Made by a program: the position numbers and the translations under genes. Below are positions 1 to 8,333 of a stretch of DNA of 43,728 nt, one piece after another (within the stretch, counting starts at the first letter, position 1; each line of letters begins with the position of its first letter). The notes beneath the pieces were generated by a model. The model worked only from the letters and a program-made list of their open reading frames with translations. It made no database searches and was not told the DNA's origin. The stretch covers positions 5,750 through 49,477 of the forward strand of contig CAZRUZ010000002.1 of the NCBI GenBank assembly GCA_964603275.1, read 5' to 3'. Source of the DNA: an uncultured Anaerolineaceae bacterium. Lineage in GTDB: Bacteria; Chloroflexota; Dehalococcoidia; Tepidiformales; Tepidiformaceae.

Positions 1-336
1 GGCGAGCCGCTGTTCCAGTCGAACGCCGCCCTCTACGCCAACCCGGACCGGGCCGCCGAACCCGAGGTCCAGGTCCTCCTGGCCCGGATCGAGGGCAAGC
101 TCGTCGCGGTCGAGTTCATGATGGTCGAGTATGACTGCCCCGGCGAGATCCTCGCCGATGCCTGTGCCGTTACCCCCGGGATCGAGTCGCCCACGGTCAC
201 GCGCCTTCAGCGCGAAGGCTGGTACTCGGTCAAAGCGATGGTCCCCCGGAAAGACGCCCACCGCATCATGGACACGCTTTCGAAGATGGGCTGCCGGGGC
301 ATCCTGCTCACCACCATAGAGAGCGCCCGCATCTAG
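1..336 (+). CDS. hisG: ATP phosphoribosyltransferase, C-terminal part (5' end lies outside the window)
   Basis: Frame 1 is open from base 1 to TAG at 334-336. The translation (...LVAVEFMMVEYDCPGEIL...GIESPTVTRL...WYSVKAMVPRKDAHRIMDTLSKMGCRGILLTTIESARI) resembles the regulatory C-terminal domain of long-form HisG. hisD, hisC and hisB follow. Confidence 0.8.
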   Translation, partial: GEPLFQSNAALYANPDRAAEPEVQVLLARIEGKLVAVEFMMVEYDCPGEILADACAVTPGIESPTVTRLQREGWYSVKAMVPRKDAHRIMDTLSKMGCRGILLTTIESARI

Positions 337-359
337 GCGGCGTTCTGTAGGATCGGTAC

Positions 360-1118
360 ATGCCCCCGATCACCCTCCACATGGTGCTGGCCCGGCAGAT
401 CGCCCTCGACCTCTGCCATGAATCCATCCCGGCGGACTCCGGCCACTACCTGCTCGGCGCGACCAGCCCCGATATCCGCGTGATAACCCGCCAGGACCGC
501 TTCAGCACTCACTTCTTCGACCTCAACGAACACAACCACCAGGACTCGGTCGAGGCTTTCCTCCGCCTGTACGGCAAGCTGGCGCAGCCCGAGAACCTGA
601 ACTCAGAGACGCGGGCATGGGCGGCCGGGTACATCAGCCACCTGGTGATGGACGAACAGTACATAACGAACGTCTACCGGCGCCATTTCGCCCGCCACGA
701 TGAGCTTGGCGGGACGATGCGCGCCAATGTGATGGACCGGCTCCTGCAGTTCGACCTCGATCGCCAGTACGGCGGTGACCCCGAACTCAAGCACACGATT
801 TGCGGTGCACTCGGATGCACGGTCGAAGGCATCGATGCCGGGTTCCTCGATTCCGAGACCCTCGATCGCTGGCGCCAGGTTTCCATCGACATGGCCGCCC
901 GAAACATGGATTGGGACCGCGCCCGCGCCATGATCGCCAACCATCTTCGCTACTCCGGGCTGGAAGAAGGCGAGTCCCTCAGCTCGTTCCTTGATTCGCT
1001 TCCCGAACTGCTGGATGAGACAATCGCCCACATCACGAGCGCCGAGGTCGATGCGTTTGTGCAGCGCTCCACCGCTGCCGCGCGCGATGCGATAGAGAGG
1101 TACCTGGGATGCGGATAA
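360..1118 (+). CDS. Uncharacterised protein; putative metal-dependent phosphoesterase (Zn-dependent phospholipase C / P1-nuclease-like family suspected)
   Basis: 252-aa ORF in the gene-dense his cluster. Its stop overlaps the hisD ATG by 10 nt (ATGCGGATAA at 1109-1118). His/Asp motifs: H7 (ITLHMVLA), SPD38, TH51FFD, SH94LVMD98E. The family call comes from pattern memory only, not from a search. Confidence 0.6.
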   Translation: MPPITLHMVLARQIALDLCHESIPADSGHYLLGATSPDIRVITRQDRFSTHFFDLNEHNHQDSVEAFLRLYGKLAQPENLNSETRAWAAGYISHLVMDEQYITNVYRRHFARHDELGGTMRANVMDRLLQFDLDRQYGGDPELKHTICGALGCTVEGIDAGFLDSETLDRWRQVSIDMAARNMDWDRARAMIANHLRYSGLEEGESLSSFLDSLPELLDETIAHITSAEVDAFVQRSTAAARDAIERYLGCG

Positions 1119-2434
1119 TCCGCAACGCCGAAGAGGGCAGGCAGCTCTTGCTTTCCCGCCGCCCGCTCGAGGCGGATGAGCTCCCCATGGAGATCCGCGA
1201 GACGACCTTCCGGACCTTCGGCCAGGAGATCAGCCCCGACGAGGTGGTGCGGCGCATCATCCGCGACGTCCGCGATGATGGCGACAACGCCGTCCGGTAC
1301 TACAACTCCAAGCTTGATGGGGCCACCGTCGGTGACCTCCGCGTGAGCCAGGATGAGGTGGCCGCCGCCTACAACGCCCTGGATGCAGAGCTGATCGAAG
1401 CGCTCAAGTTCTCCGCCGACCGGGTCCGCCGGTATCACGAGGCACAGCTCCGCGGCGCGATGCTCGATTTCCAGCAAAACGGCCTCGGTCAGATGACCCG
1501 CCCGCTCCAAAAAGCGGCGATCTACGTTCCCGGCACGCGGGCGCCGCTCCCCAGCACCGTTTTGATGTGCGCTATCCCCGCCCGCGTCGCCGGCGTCGAT
1601 GAGGTCTACCTCGCGAGCCCCGTCCTGCCCGATGGCACCGTGCCCCCGGTCAAGCTCGTCGCGGCTGATATCGCCGGCGTCGATGGCGTGTTCAAGGCCG
1701 GCGGCGCTCAGGGTGTCGCCGCATTCGCCTACGGCACCGAAAGCATCCCGCGGGTCGACAAGATCGCCGGTCCCGGCGGGCTCTTCGTCACCATCGCCAA
1801 GAAGCAGGTGTTCGGCGATGTCGGCATTGATAGCGTCTACGGCCCGACCGAGACCGTGATCATCGCCGATGAGTCCGCGAACCCGGAGTTCGTCGCCGCC
1901 GACCTCATCGCCCAGGCCGAGCACGACGCGCTTGCCAGCCCGATCCTGCTCACGCCGTCGCATCACCTCGCGGATGAGGTAGCCCGCTGCATTGAGCGCC
2001 AGCTGAGAGACCTCGAACGCGCGAAGATCGCCCGGGCGGCGCTCGACAACCGTGGCGGCTGCATCCTGGTGAACGACATCGACCACGCGATCGAGCTCGC
2101 CAACTACTACGCCCCCGAGCACCTCTGCCTCTGCGTCGAAAACCCGACCGCCTATGCGATGAAGGTCCGCAACGCCGGTGGCCTGTTCCTTGGCGAGGCT
2201 TCGCCCGAGGCCGTCGGCGACTACACGGCCGGCCCCAGCCACACCATGCCCACCGGCGGCGCTGCCCGCTGGAGCGGCCCGCTCGGTGTCGGCGACTTCC
2301 TGAAGCGCATGGCCGTGGTCAACCTCCCTGAGGACGACATGGAGGAGTTGAACCACTACGCCGCCATCATCGCCCGTGCCGAGGGCCTCACCGGCCACGC
2401 CCACGCGGTCGAGCGGCGGCTCCAGGGGCGCTAG
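1109..2434 (+). CDS. hisD: Histidinol dehydrogenase
   Basis: 441 aa with typical HisD sequence (AIYVPGTRAPLPSTVLM, AQAEHD, APEHLCL, GDYTAGPSHTMPTGG). Sits in the his cluster. Confidence 0.95.
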   Translation: MRIIRNAEEGRQLLLSRRPLEADELPMEIRETTFRTFGQEISPDEVVRRIIRDVRDDGDNAVRYYNSKLDGATVGDLRVSQDEVAAAYNALDAELIEALKFSADRVRRYHEAQLRGAMLDFQQNGLGQMTRPLQKAAIYVPGTRAPLPSTVLMCAIPARVAGVDEVYLASPVLPDGTVPPVKLVAADIAGVDGVFKAGGAQGVAAFAYGTESIPRVDKIAGPGGLFVTIAKKQVFGDVGIDSVYGPTETVIIADESANPEFVAADLIAQAEHDALASPILLTPSHHLADEVARCIERQLRDLERAKIARAALDNRGGCILVNDIDHAIELANYYAPEHLCLCVENPTAYAMKVRNAGGLFLGEASPEAVGDYTAGPSHTMPTGGAARWSGPLGVGDFLKRMAVVNLPEDDMEELNHYAAIIARAEGLTGHAHAVERRLQGR

Positions 2435-2436
2435 CC

Positions 2437-3507
2437 GTGGACCTCCGCCGTCTATTGCGCCCGGACCTCGACGACCTCGAGGAATACGTCCCCGTCAAGC
2501 CGCTCGACGTGCTTGCGGCCGAGATCGGGGTGCCCGTCGAACGGCTGGTGAAGCTCGACGCCAACGAGAACCTCTACGGCCCGCACCCGGACGTCCTCGC
2601 CGCGATCCAGCAGGCGCCCTTCCACATCTACCCGGACCCGGGGCAGGCGGCGCTGCGCGAGGCCATCGCAAACTTCGTGGGCACCGCTCCGGAGTGCGTC
2701 GTTGCCGGCACCGGCGCCGATGACCTCATCGATATCCTCATCCGGCTGGTCATGCCGGAGTCCGTGGCCATTGCGACACCGACATTCGGCATGTACCGCT
2801 TCCTTGCGAAGATCTCTCGCGCCACGCCGGTCGAGGTGCCCCGGCGCCCCAACTTCGACCTCGACGTGGTCGCGCTCCGCCATGCGGTCCACGATGGCGC
2901 GGGGATCATCTTCCTGACCTCGCCGAACAACCCGACCGGCAACCCGGTGAACCTCGCCGAGCTCGAAGCGCTCCTGGCGCTCGACGCGCTGATCGTCGTC
3001 GATGAGGCCTACGTAGAATTCGGTGGCCAGACGGTGGTCCCGCTCATCGCCAGCCACCCGAACCTGGTCGTCTTGCGCACGTTCAGCAAGTGGGCCGGGC
3101 TGGCCGGCCTTCGCGTGGGGTACTCCATCAGCCACCGGGAGCTCGCCGGACACCTGATGGCGATCAAGCAGCCGTACAACGTCAACGTCGCCGCCGATGC
3201 GGGGGCCCGTGCGGCCATCGCGCACTGGCCCGAGATCTCGGAGACGCTCGCCTGCATCGTCGCCGAACGCGAGCGGATGTCGCAGCTCTGTGCCGGGCTC
3301 GGGTGGCTCAAGCCGCTGCCCTCGCAGGCCAACTTCGTCCTGTTTGCCGTTGAAGGCCGCCCCGCAAAGGATGTTGCGGCCGCGCTGCGGAGCAAGGGCG
3401 TCCTCGTGCGTCACTACGACCGGCCCGACCTCGCCAACTACATCCGTATCAGCGCCGGCCGGCCGGAAGACACCGATGCGCTGATGGCGGCGCTGCGAGC
3501 GCTGTAA
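2437..3507 (+). CDS. hisC: Histidinol-phosphate aminotransferase
   Basis: 356 aa with a GTG start 2 nt after the hisD stop. Class II aminotransferase features (KLDANENLYGP, SPNNPTG, RTFSKWAGLAGLRVGY with the PLP lysine). Confidence 0.9.
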   Translation: MDLRRLLRPDLDDLEEYVPVKPLDVLAAEIGVPVERLVKLDANENLYGPHPDVLAAIQQAPFHIYPDPGQAALREAIANFVGTAPECVVAGTGADDLIDILIRLVMPESVAIATPTFGMYRFLAKISRATPVEVPRRPNFDLDVVALRHAVHDGAGIIFLTSPNNPTGNPVNLAELEALLALDALIVVDEAYVEFGGQTVVPLIASHPNLVVLRTFSKWAGLAGLRVGYSISHRELAGHLMAIKQPYNVNVAADAGARAAIAHWPEISETLACIVAERERMSQLCAGLGWLKPLPSQANFVLFAVEGRPAKDVAAALRSKGVLVRHYDRPDLANYIRISAGRPEDTDALMAALRAL

Positions 3508-3592
3508 CTGCTGGAACCGCGACCGGAAAGGGAGCGGTTCGAGGTAATGCGCGCAAGCCCGATTCCAGTCTCACCCTGCTCGATTCGACCCA

Positions 3593-4213
3593 ATGGCCCG
3601 CATACGCGATAACTCTCACATGACTGCTCGCATCGCCACCGTTTCGCGCCGCACCGCCGAGACCAGCATCGACCTGACGCTCAACCTCGACGGCAGCGGG
3701 AAGTTTGTCACGGAAACGGGGGTCGGCTTCCTCGACCACATGCTCAGCCACATCGCCAAGCACGGCGTCTTCGACCTCGAAGTCCGCTGCAAGGGCGACC
3801 TCTGGATCGATGAACATCACACGGTCGAGGATATCGGCATTGCCCTCGGCGAGGCCTTCGCCCAGGCGGCCGGCGACAAGGCAGGGCTTGTCCGCGCCGG
3901 GTCTGCCTACATGCCGCTCGATGAGGCACTGGCACGCGCCGCTGTCGATCTCAGCGGACGGCCCTACGCCGTCCTCGACCTGCGCCTGCTCGGCCGCGAA
4001 GTGGGCGGTATGCCCCCGGATCTGTTCAACCACTTCCTCGAGTCGTTCGCCTTCGCGGCAAAGCTCAACCTGCACCTTGCCGTCCTGGCGGGCGTGAACG
4101 ACCACCACAAGATCGAGGCCGCGTTCAAGGCGATGGCGCGCGCGCTCGATGCTGCCGTCCAGGTGGACCCGCGCCGCGGCGGCGATATCCCCAGCACCAA
4201 GGGCACGCTCTAG
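3593..4213 (+). CDS. hisB: Imidazoleglycerol-phosphate dehydratase (monofunctional, no phosphatase domain)
   Basis: RRTAETSIDLTLNLDGSG, GFLDHML, HHTVEDIGIALG and NDHHKIEAAFKA are IGPD motifs. Only about 200 aa. The start could be ATG 3593 or ATG 3620 (MTARIATV...); neither has a clear RBS. Confidence 0.9.
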   Translation: MARIRDNSHMTARIATVSRRTAETSIDLTLNLDGSGKFVTETGVGFLDHMLSHIAKHGVFDLEVRCKGDLWIDEHHTVEDIGIALGEAFAQAAGDKAGLVRAGSAYMPLDEALARAAVDLSGRPYAVLDLRLLGREVGGMPPDLFNHFLESFAFAAKLNLHLAVLAGVNDHHKIEAAFKAMARALDAAVQVDPRRGGDIPSTKGTL

Positions 4214-4306
4214 CCCGTCCGGACATCGTCGCGCGTCCCGGGTGTGATGATCGCGATCACCCTCGTGCCCGGCATCGGCCGGCGCCGCCTGCCGGCGATC
4301 ATTGAC

Positions 4307-5356
4307 ATGCCCCGGATGCGGCGACACGATTCGAGCCCCATGGAAGCCCAGTTAGCCCGTTACCTCGAAGCCAAACTCCCGGCCCCGTCGGTCCAGGTGA
4401 GCAATCTCTTCCGCATCCCCGGCGGCGCCTCGCGCGAGACGTGGATGTTCGATGCCACCTGGGACGAACCTGGGGGATCGAAATCAGAATCGTTTGTCGT
4501 GCGGAAAGACCCCCCGGCGAGCCTCCTTGAGACCGACCGCGAAGTGGAATACGCCTTCTACTCCGCCTTCGCCGGCACCCGCGTCCCCGTCCCCGCGATG
4601 CGCTGGCTCGAGCCCGACGCCAGCATTATCGGTGGTCCCTTTTTCATCATGGACCGGATACTCGGATGCGAATCTGGCACCCGCGTCATCCTTGCGCCGC
4701 CCTATCAGCAGATGCAGCCAGAGATTGCGCGGAACATGTATGAAATACTCGCCGCCATCTCCACGTTCGACTGGCGCGGCTCGCCCGCCGAACGGGTCTC
4801 GAAGGTGCCCACGGCCGATACCGCCTGGCGCCAGGAACTCGACCACTGGGAAGGGATCATTAACGCGCAGGAGCTCAGCCCCCAGCCGATCATCCGTGCC
4901 GCGATCCGCTGGCTCCGGGCCAACCCGCCACCACCCGCGCCGCGGCTCAGCGTTGTCCACGGCGATTACCGGGTCGGCAACTTCCTCTACCAGGCCGACG
5001 GCTCCATCCACGGGATCGTCGACTGGGAGATGGCCCACATTGGCGACCCCATCGAGGACGTGGCGTGGTCGTTCAACCAGGCATGGCACTGGGGCAAAGA
5101 TGGGCGCCCGGGCGGCATCGTCGACCGCGAGACCGCGATCCAGACCTGGGAGCGCGCCAGTGGCCTGACCTGCGACCGTGTTGCGCTCCACTGGTGGGAG
5201 GTGTTCAGCCAGGTGAAGGCCCAGGGGATCTGGCTCACCGGTGCGCGCTCGTTCCAGGAAGGGCGCACCAACGAACTCATCCTCGCGCTCGTCTCCTACA
5301 ACCTGATCAATGCGCAGGATCAGTTCTTCCTGCAGACCACCGGGAGGCTCCAGTGA
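4307..5356 (+). CDS. Phosphotransferase-family (APH-like) kinase, COG3173 / LvaA / ACAD10-11 N-domain type
   Basis: N-terminal LFRIPGGASRETW...FVVRKDP. Catalytic loop VVHGDYRVGNFLY (HxDxxxxN), then IVDWEMAHIGDPIEDVAW. Start uncertain: GTG 4244, or ATG 4307, 4316 or 4340, all in frame. Confidence 0.8.
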   Translation: MPRMRRHDSSPMEAQLARYLEAKLPAPSVQVSNLFRIPGGASRETWMFDATWDEPGGSKSESFVVRKDPPASLLETDREVEYAFYSAFAGTRVPVPAMRWLEPDASIIGGPFFIMDRILGCESGTRVILAPPYQQMQPEIARNMYEILAAISTFDWRGSPAERVSKVPTADTAWRQELDHWEGIINAQELSPQPIIRAAIRWLRANPPPPAPRLSVVHGDYRVGNFLYQADGSIHGIVDWEMAHIGDPIEDVAWSFNQAWHWGKDGRPGGIVDRETAIQTWERASGLTCDRVALHWWEVFSQVKAQGIWLTGARSFQEGRTNELILALVSYNLINAQDQFFLQTTGRLQ

Positions 5357-5799
5357 GACCAGACGCCGGACGAGTCCTTCAGGGCATCGCCGTCAACCTG
5401 CTTTCCAACGTGATGCAGGAGATCCGCACGCCATTCGGCCAGCAGACCGTCGGCATCGCCGGGGCACTCACGATGATGGTTGCGGAGGAGTTCGACCGGG
5501 CGGCGAACCGGCTCTCCGTGGAGAGCGCCGTCATCCGGGGCATCCTCACTGATGGCTTGCCCCTCCTGGCCGACGCGGCCCGCGCGGCCGTCTCGGCGGC
5601 CCTTGCAACCCCGGCGCCCGCGGACATCAAGGTCTCGTCGCTCCTCGCCGAGAATGATGCACTGCGCGCCGGGCTCATCGCCCTTCATGCCGCAGTCGAG
5701 CAGCTCGACACCCCCGAGGGGCGGGCGATGGACGAGCGGATCTGGGCCGAACTGATAGAATCGACAAGGAGGCGCGATTTCCAGGCCAAGATGTTATGA
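5353..5799 (+). CDS. Small helical hypothetical protein translationally coupled to the kinase
   Basis: GTG at 5353 overlaps the kinase stop (GTGA). The frame is the same as track ORF 5065-5799. 148 aa, Ala/Leu-rich and apparently helical. The stop overlaps the next gene's ATG (ATGA at 5796-5799). Confidence 0.6.
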   Translation: MRPDAGRVLQGIAVNLLSNVMQEIRTPFGQQTVGIAGALTMMVAEEFDRAANRLSVESAVIRGILTDGLPLLADAARAAVSAALATPAPADIKVSSLLAENDALRAGLIALHAAVEQLDTPEGRAMDERIWAELIESTRRRDFQAKML

Positions 5800-6359
5800 G
5801 GGATAACCTTCGAAGACTGCTGGAGGCCTACGAGCCCCAGACACAACAACCCGACCCGGCGCCGCCGCCCGCAGGTGTCCTGCTCCTGTTGCACGAACGG
5901 CCGGCCGGGCCGCATGTCATCTTCCAGAAGCGCACGGAAAGCGTCCGGGACCACAAGGGGCAGATCTCCTTCCCGGGCGGAGCCATGGACCCCGAGGACG
6001 CCTCGGTGCTCCACACGGCCCTCCGCGAAACCCACGAGGAGATTGGCGTCGACCCATCCCACGTCGACGTACTGGGCCAGCTCGATGACATGGTCACGGT
6101 CTCGAATTTCCTGGTAACGCCCTACGTCGCGTGGCTCGACCGCTACCCCTACGAGTGGCGCTTCAGCTCCCATGAGGTCGCCTACCTGCTCGAAGTGCCC
6201 CTCGCCCACTTGCGCGATCCTCGCAACCACATCCCCGACCGGCGCGTGATCAACGGGCGCGAATACACCTTCCAGTCGTACCAGTTCGGCGATGATGTGA
6301 TCTGGGGCGCGACCGCGCGCATGCTCGGCAATTTCCTGGATATCATGCAGGCACTCTAG
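5796..6359 (+). CDS. Nudix hydrolase, CoA pyrophosphatase type
   Basis: Nudix box GGAMDPEDASVLHTALRETHEEIGV. It is preceded by R-T-x3-R-x3-G-x3-FPGG, which is the core of the NuCoA signature LLTxR[SA]x3Rx3Gx3FPGG. Confidence 0.8.
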   Translation: MRDNLRRLLEAYEPQTQQPDPAPPPAGVLLLLHERPAGPHVIFQKRTESVRDHKGQISFPGGAMDPEDASVLHTALRETHEEIGVDPSHVDVLGQLDDMVTVSNFLVTPYVAWLDRYPYEWRFSSHEVAYLLEVPLAHLRDPRNHIPDRRVINGREYTFQSYQFGDDVIWGATARMLGNFLDIMQAL

Positions 6360-6378
6360 CCAGCTCGGGAGCGGCGCC

Positions 6379-6663
6379 ATGGCAGAACTTCAGCCGTCAG
6401 CCATCGATTGCCTGCGCTGCGGCAAGCCCCTCTACTTCCTCGGTGTGCGCGATTTCCACGAAGGGACGCGCGTCGGCTTCTTCGGTGACTTCTTCGAGCT
6501 CTTCCAGACCCGGGAGGAGCTCGACATGTTCGCCTGCGGGTCATGCGGGCACGTCGAGTTCTTCATCGGTGGCGTCGGCGATGAGCTGCGCGGCTTCAAG
6601 ATCACCGGGAGGGTCCGGAAGCGGCGCGTCCAGACCGGCCGCCCGGCCGGGCAGGGACACTGA
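6379..6663 (+). CDS. Small zinc-ribbon protein (two CxxC pairs)
   Basis: 94 aa with CLRCG ... CGSCGH. GGGAG lies about 7 nt upstream of the ATG. Fits the gap between the Nudix gene and murE. Confidence 0.6.
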   Translation: MAELQPSAIDCLRCGKPLYFLGVRDFHEGTRVGFFGDFFELFQTREELDMFACGSCGHVEFFIGGVGDELRGFKITGRVRKRRVQTGRPAGQGH

Positions 6664-6688
6664 GCGCCCTTCCCCCTACGATTGGCGC

Positions 6689-8230
6689 ATGACCCAGCCC
6701 GAACCCCGCACCCTCGCCTCCCTCCTCCAGGAGCTGCCCGGCGCCCGCCTTGTCCGCGGCGACCCTGCGAGCGCCGTGGCTGGCGTGGAGCACGACTCGC
6801 GGCGCGTCTCCGATGGGTCGCTGTTTGTCGCAATTCCGGGTTTCACCGTCGACGGGCACACCTTCCTTCCCCAGGTGGCGGGAGCGGGTGCAGCAGCGGC
6901 TGTGGTCGAAGCGGGCCACGCCCTTCCACCCGGGGTCCCCGGCGATCTCGCCCTCATCGAAGTCCCCGCCACGCGGCCCGCCCTCGCCGCCGCCGCCGCC
7001 TGGTTCTACGGTCACCCCGGGCGTGAGATGACCGTCATCGGCATCACCGGCACCGACGGCAAGACGACGACCTCGCACATCCTGACCTCCGTCCTCGAGG
7101 CCTCCGGCGCCGCCGTGGGCCGCCTGGGCACCGTCGATACCTACTTCCCCGGCGAATCGGGGAAGGTGACCGACCGGATGACCACGCCGGAGGCCCCCGA
7201 AGTGCAGCGGCTGCTCCGCAGGATGGCCGATGCCGGGTGCCGGTACGCGATCGTCGAATCGACCAGCCACGGCCTCGCCCTGAACCGCCTCGACCATGTG
7301 GAATACGACATCGCCGCGTTCACGAACATCACCGGCGACCACCTCGACTTCCACCGGACGTTCGAGGCCTACCGCGAGGCCAAGGGCATGCTCTTCGAGG
7401 CGCTGGATACGGCCGCTCCGAAACGCATCGCGAAGACCGCCATCGTGAATATCGATGACCCCTCCGCGAACTACATGCTCGATCGCAGCCTCGCCGCCGG
7501 GCTCACGTACGGGCTCGAAAGCCGCGAGGCAGTGGTCTCCGCGCGGGTGCTCGTGCTCCGCCCGGATGGCACCGACTTCCAGTTGGTGACTCCGCAAGGG
7601 ACCGCACCGGCATCGATCCAGTTGCCGGCGATCTTCAACGTCATGAATGCGCTCGCCGCGGCCAGCGCCGGAATTGCCTGCGGCATGGAGGTCGGGGATA
7701 TCGCCAGCGGGCTGGCCGCGTGCCGGGGCGTCCCCGGCCGGATGGAACGCATCGTGGCTGGCCAGCCGTTCGAGGTCGTGGTGGACTACGCCCACACCGG
7801 CGATGCCGTGCGCAAGGTGCTCTCCGTCCTGCGGGAGGTCTGCACGGGCAGGCTGATCATCGTCGTGGGCGCGGCCGGCGAACGCGACCCCGGCCGCAGG
7901 TTCGGGGTCGGGCGCGCAGCGGCGGAGGGCGCGGACTTCGCCATCTTCACCAGCGAGGACCCGCGCTCCGAGGAGCCGGCCGCCATCGTCGGCGAGATCG
8001 GGCGCCACGCCGAAGGGGCGGGCCGCCAGCGCGGGCGCGACTTCCTCGAGATCGAGGACCGGCGAGAGGCCATCGCCGAGGCATTCCGGCGGGCCGCACC
8101 CGGGGACACCGTCCTGATTGCCGGGAAGGGCCACGAGAAATCGATGGTCTACGGCGCCGAATCGCGCCCCTGGGATGACCGCGATGTCGCGCGCGAGGAA
8201 CTCGCGCGGATCGGCTTCGCGGAGCGCTAA
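6689..8230 (+). CDS. murE: UDP-N-acetylmuramoyl-L-alanyl-D-glutamate--diamino-acid ligase
   Basis: Mur ligase P-loop GITGTDGKTTT, then DYAHTGDA and GKGHE. ATG 6689 gives the usual N-terminus (MTQPEPRTLASLLQEL...). The track start at 6443 overlaps the preceding gene. Confidence 0.9.
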   Translation: MTQPEPRTLASLLQELPGARLVRGDPASAVAGVEHDSRRVSDGSLFVAIPGFTVDGHTFLPQVAGAGAAAAVVEAGHALPPGVPGDLALIEVPATRPALAAAAAWFYGHPGREMTVIGITGTDGKTTTSHILTSVLEASGAAVGRLGTVDTYFPGESGKVTDRMTTPEAPEVQRLLRRMADAGCRYAIVESTSHGLALNRLDHVEYDIAAFTNITGDHLDFHRTFEAYREAKGMLFEALDTAAPKRIAKTAIVNIDDPSANYMLDRSLAAGLTYGLESREAVVSARVLVLRPDGTDFQLVTPQGTAPASIQLPAIFNVMNALAAASAGIACGMEVGDIASGLAACRGVPGRMERIVAGQPFEVVVDYAHTGDAVRKVLSVLREVCTGRLIIVVGAAGERDPGRRFGVGRAAAEGADFAIFTSEDPRSEEPAAIVGEIGRHAEGAGRQRGRDFLEIEDRREAIAEAFRRAAPGDTVLIAGKGHEKSMVYGAESRPWDDRDVAREELARIGFAER

Positions 8231-8255
8231 CCCTTCCGCTCCCTTTTCGTCCCGT

Positions 8256-8284
8256 TTGGACGCTGCGCGGGCCGTTCGTATACT
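8256..8284 (+). promoter_or_regulatory. Putative sigma-70 type promoter, TTGGAC-17 nt-TATACT
   Basis: Lies in the 103-nt murE/cyclophilin gap. TATACT recurs in several other intergenic regions of this window. Confidence 0.35.
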
Positions 8285-8333
8285 GCTGAGCACCACGCCT
8301 TTTGAGCGTCTCTGTCGATACGAGGTTTCACCC

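Noticed and set aside
950-2404. 484-aa minus-strand ORF antisense to hisD
   Set aside because: The translation is Gly/Arg/Ala/Asp-rich and low-complexity, with no motifs. It lies fully opposite a well-supported hisD. This is a typical shadow ORF in high-GC DNA.
4248-4259. 12-bp perfect palindrome TGATCGCGATCA between hisB and the kinase gene
   Set aside because: Unspaced 6+6 palindromes of this length are expected several times by chance in 44 kb. It may also lie inside the kinase ORF if GTG 4244 is used.
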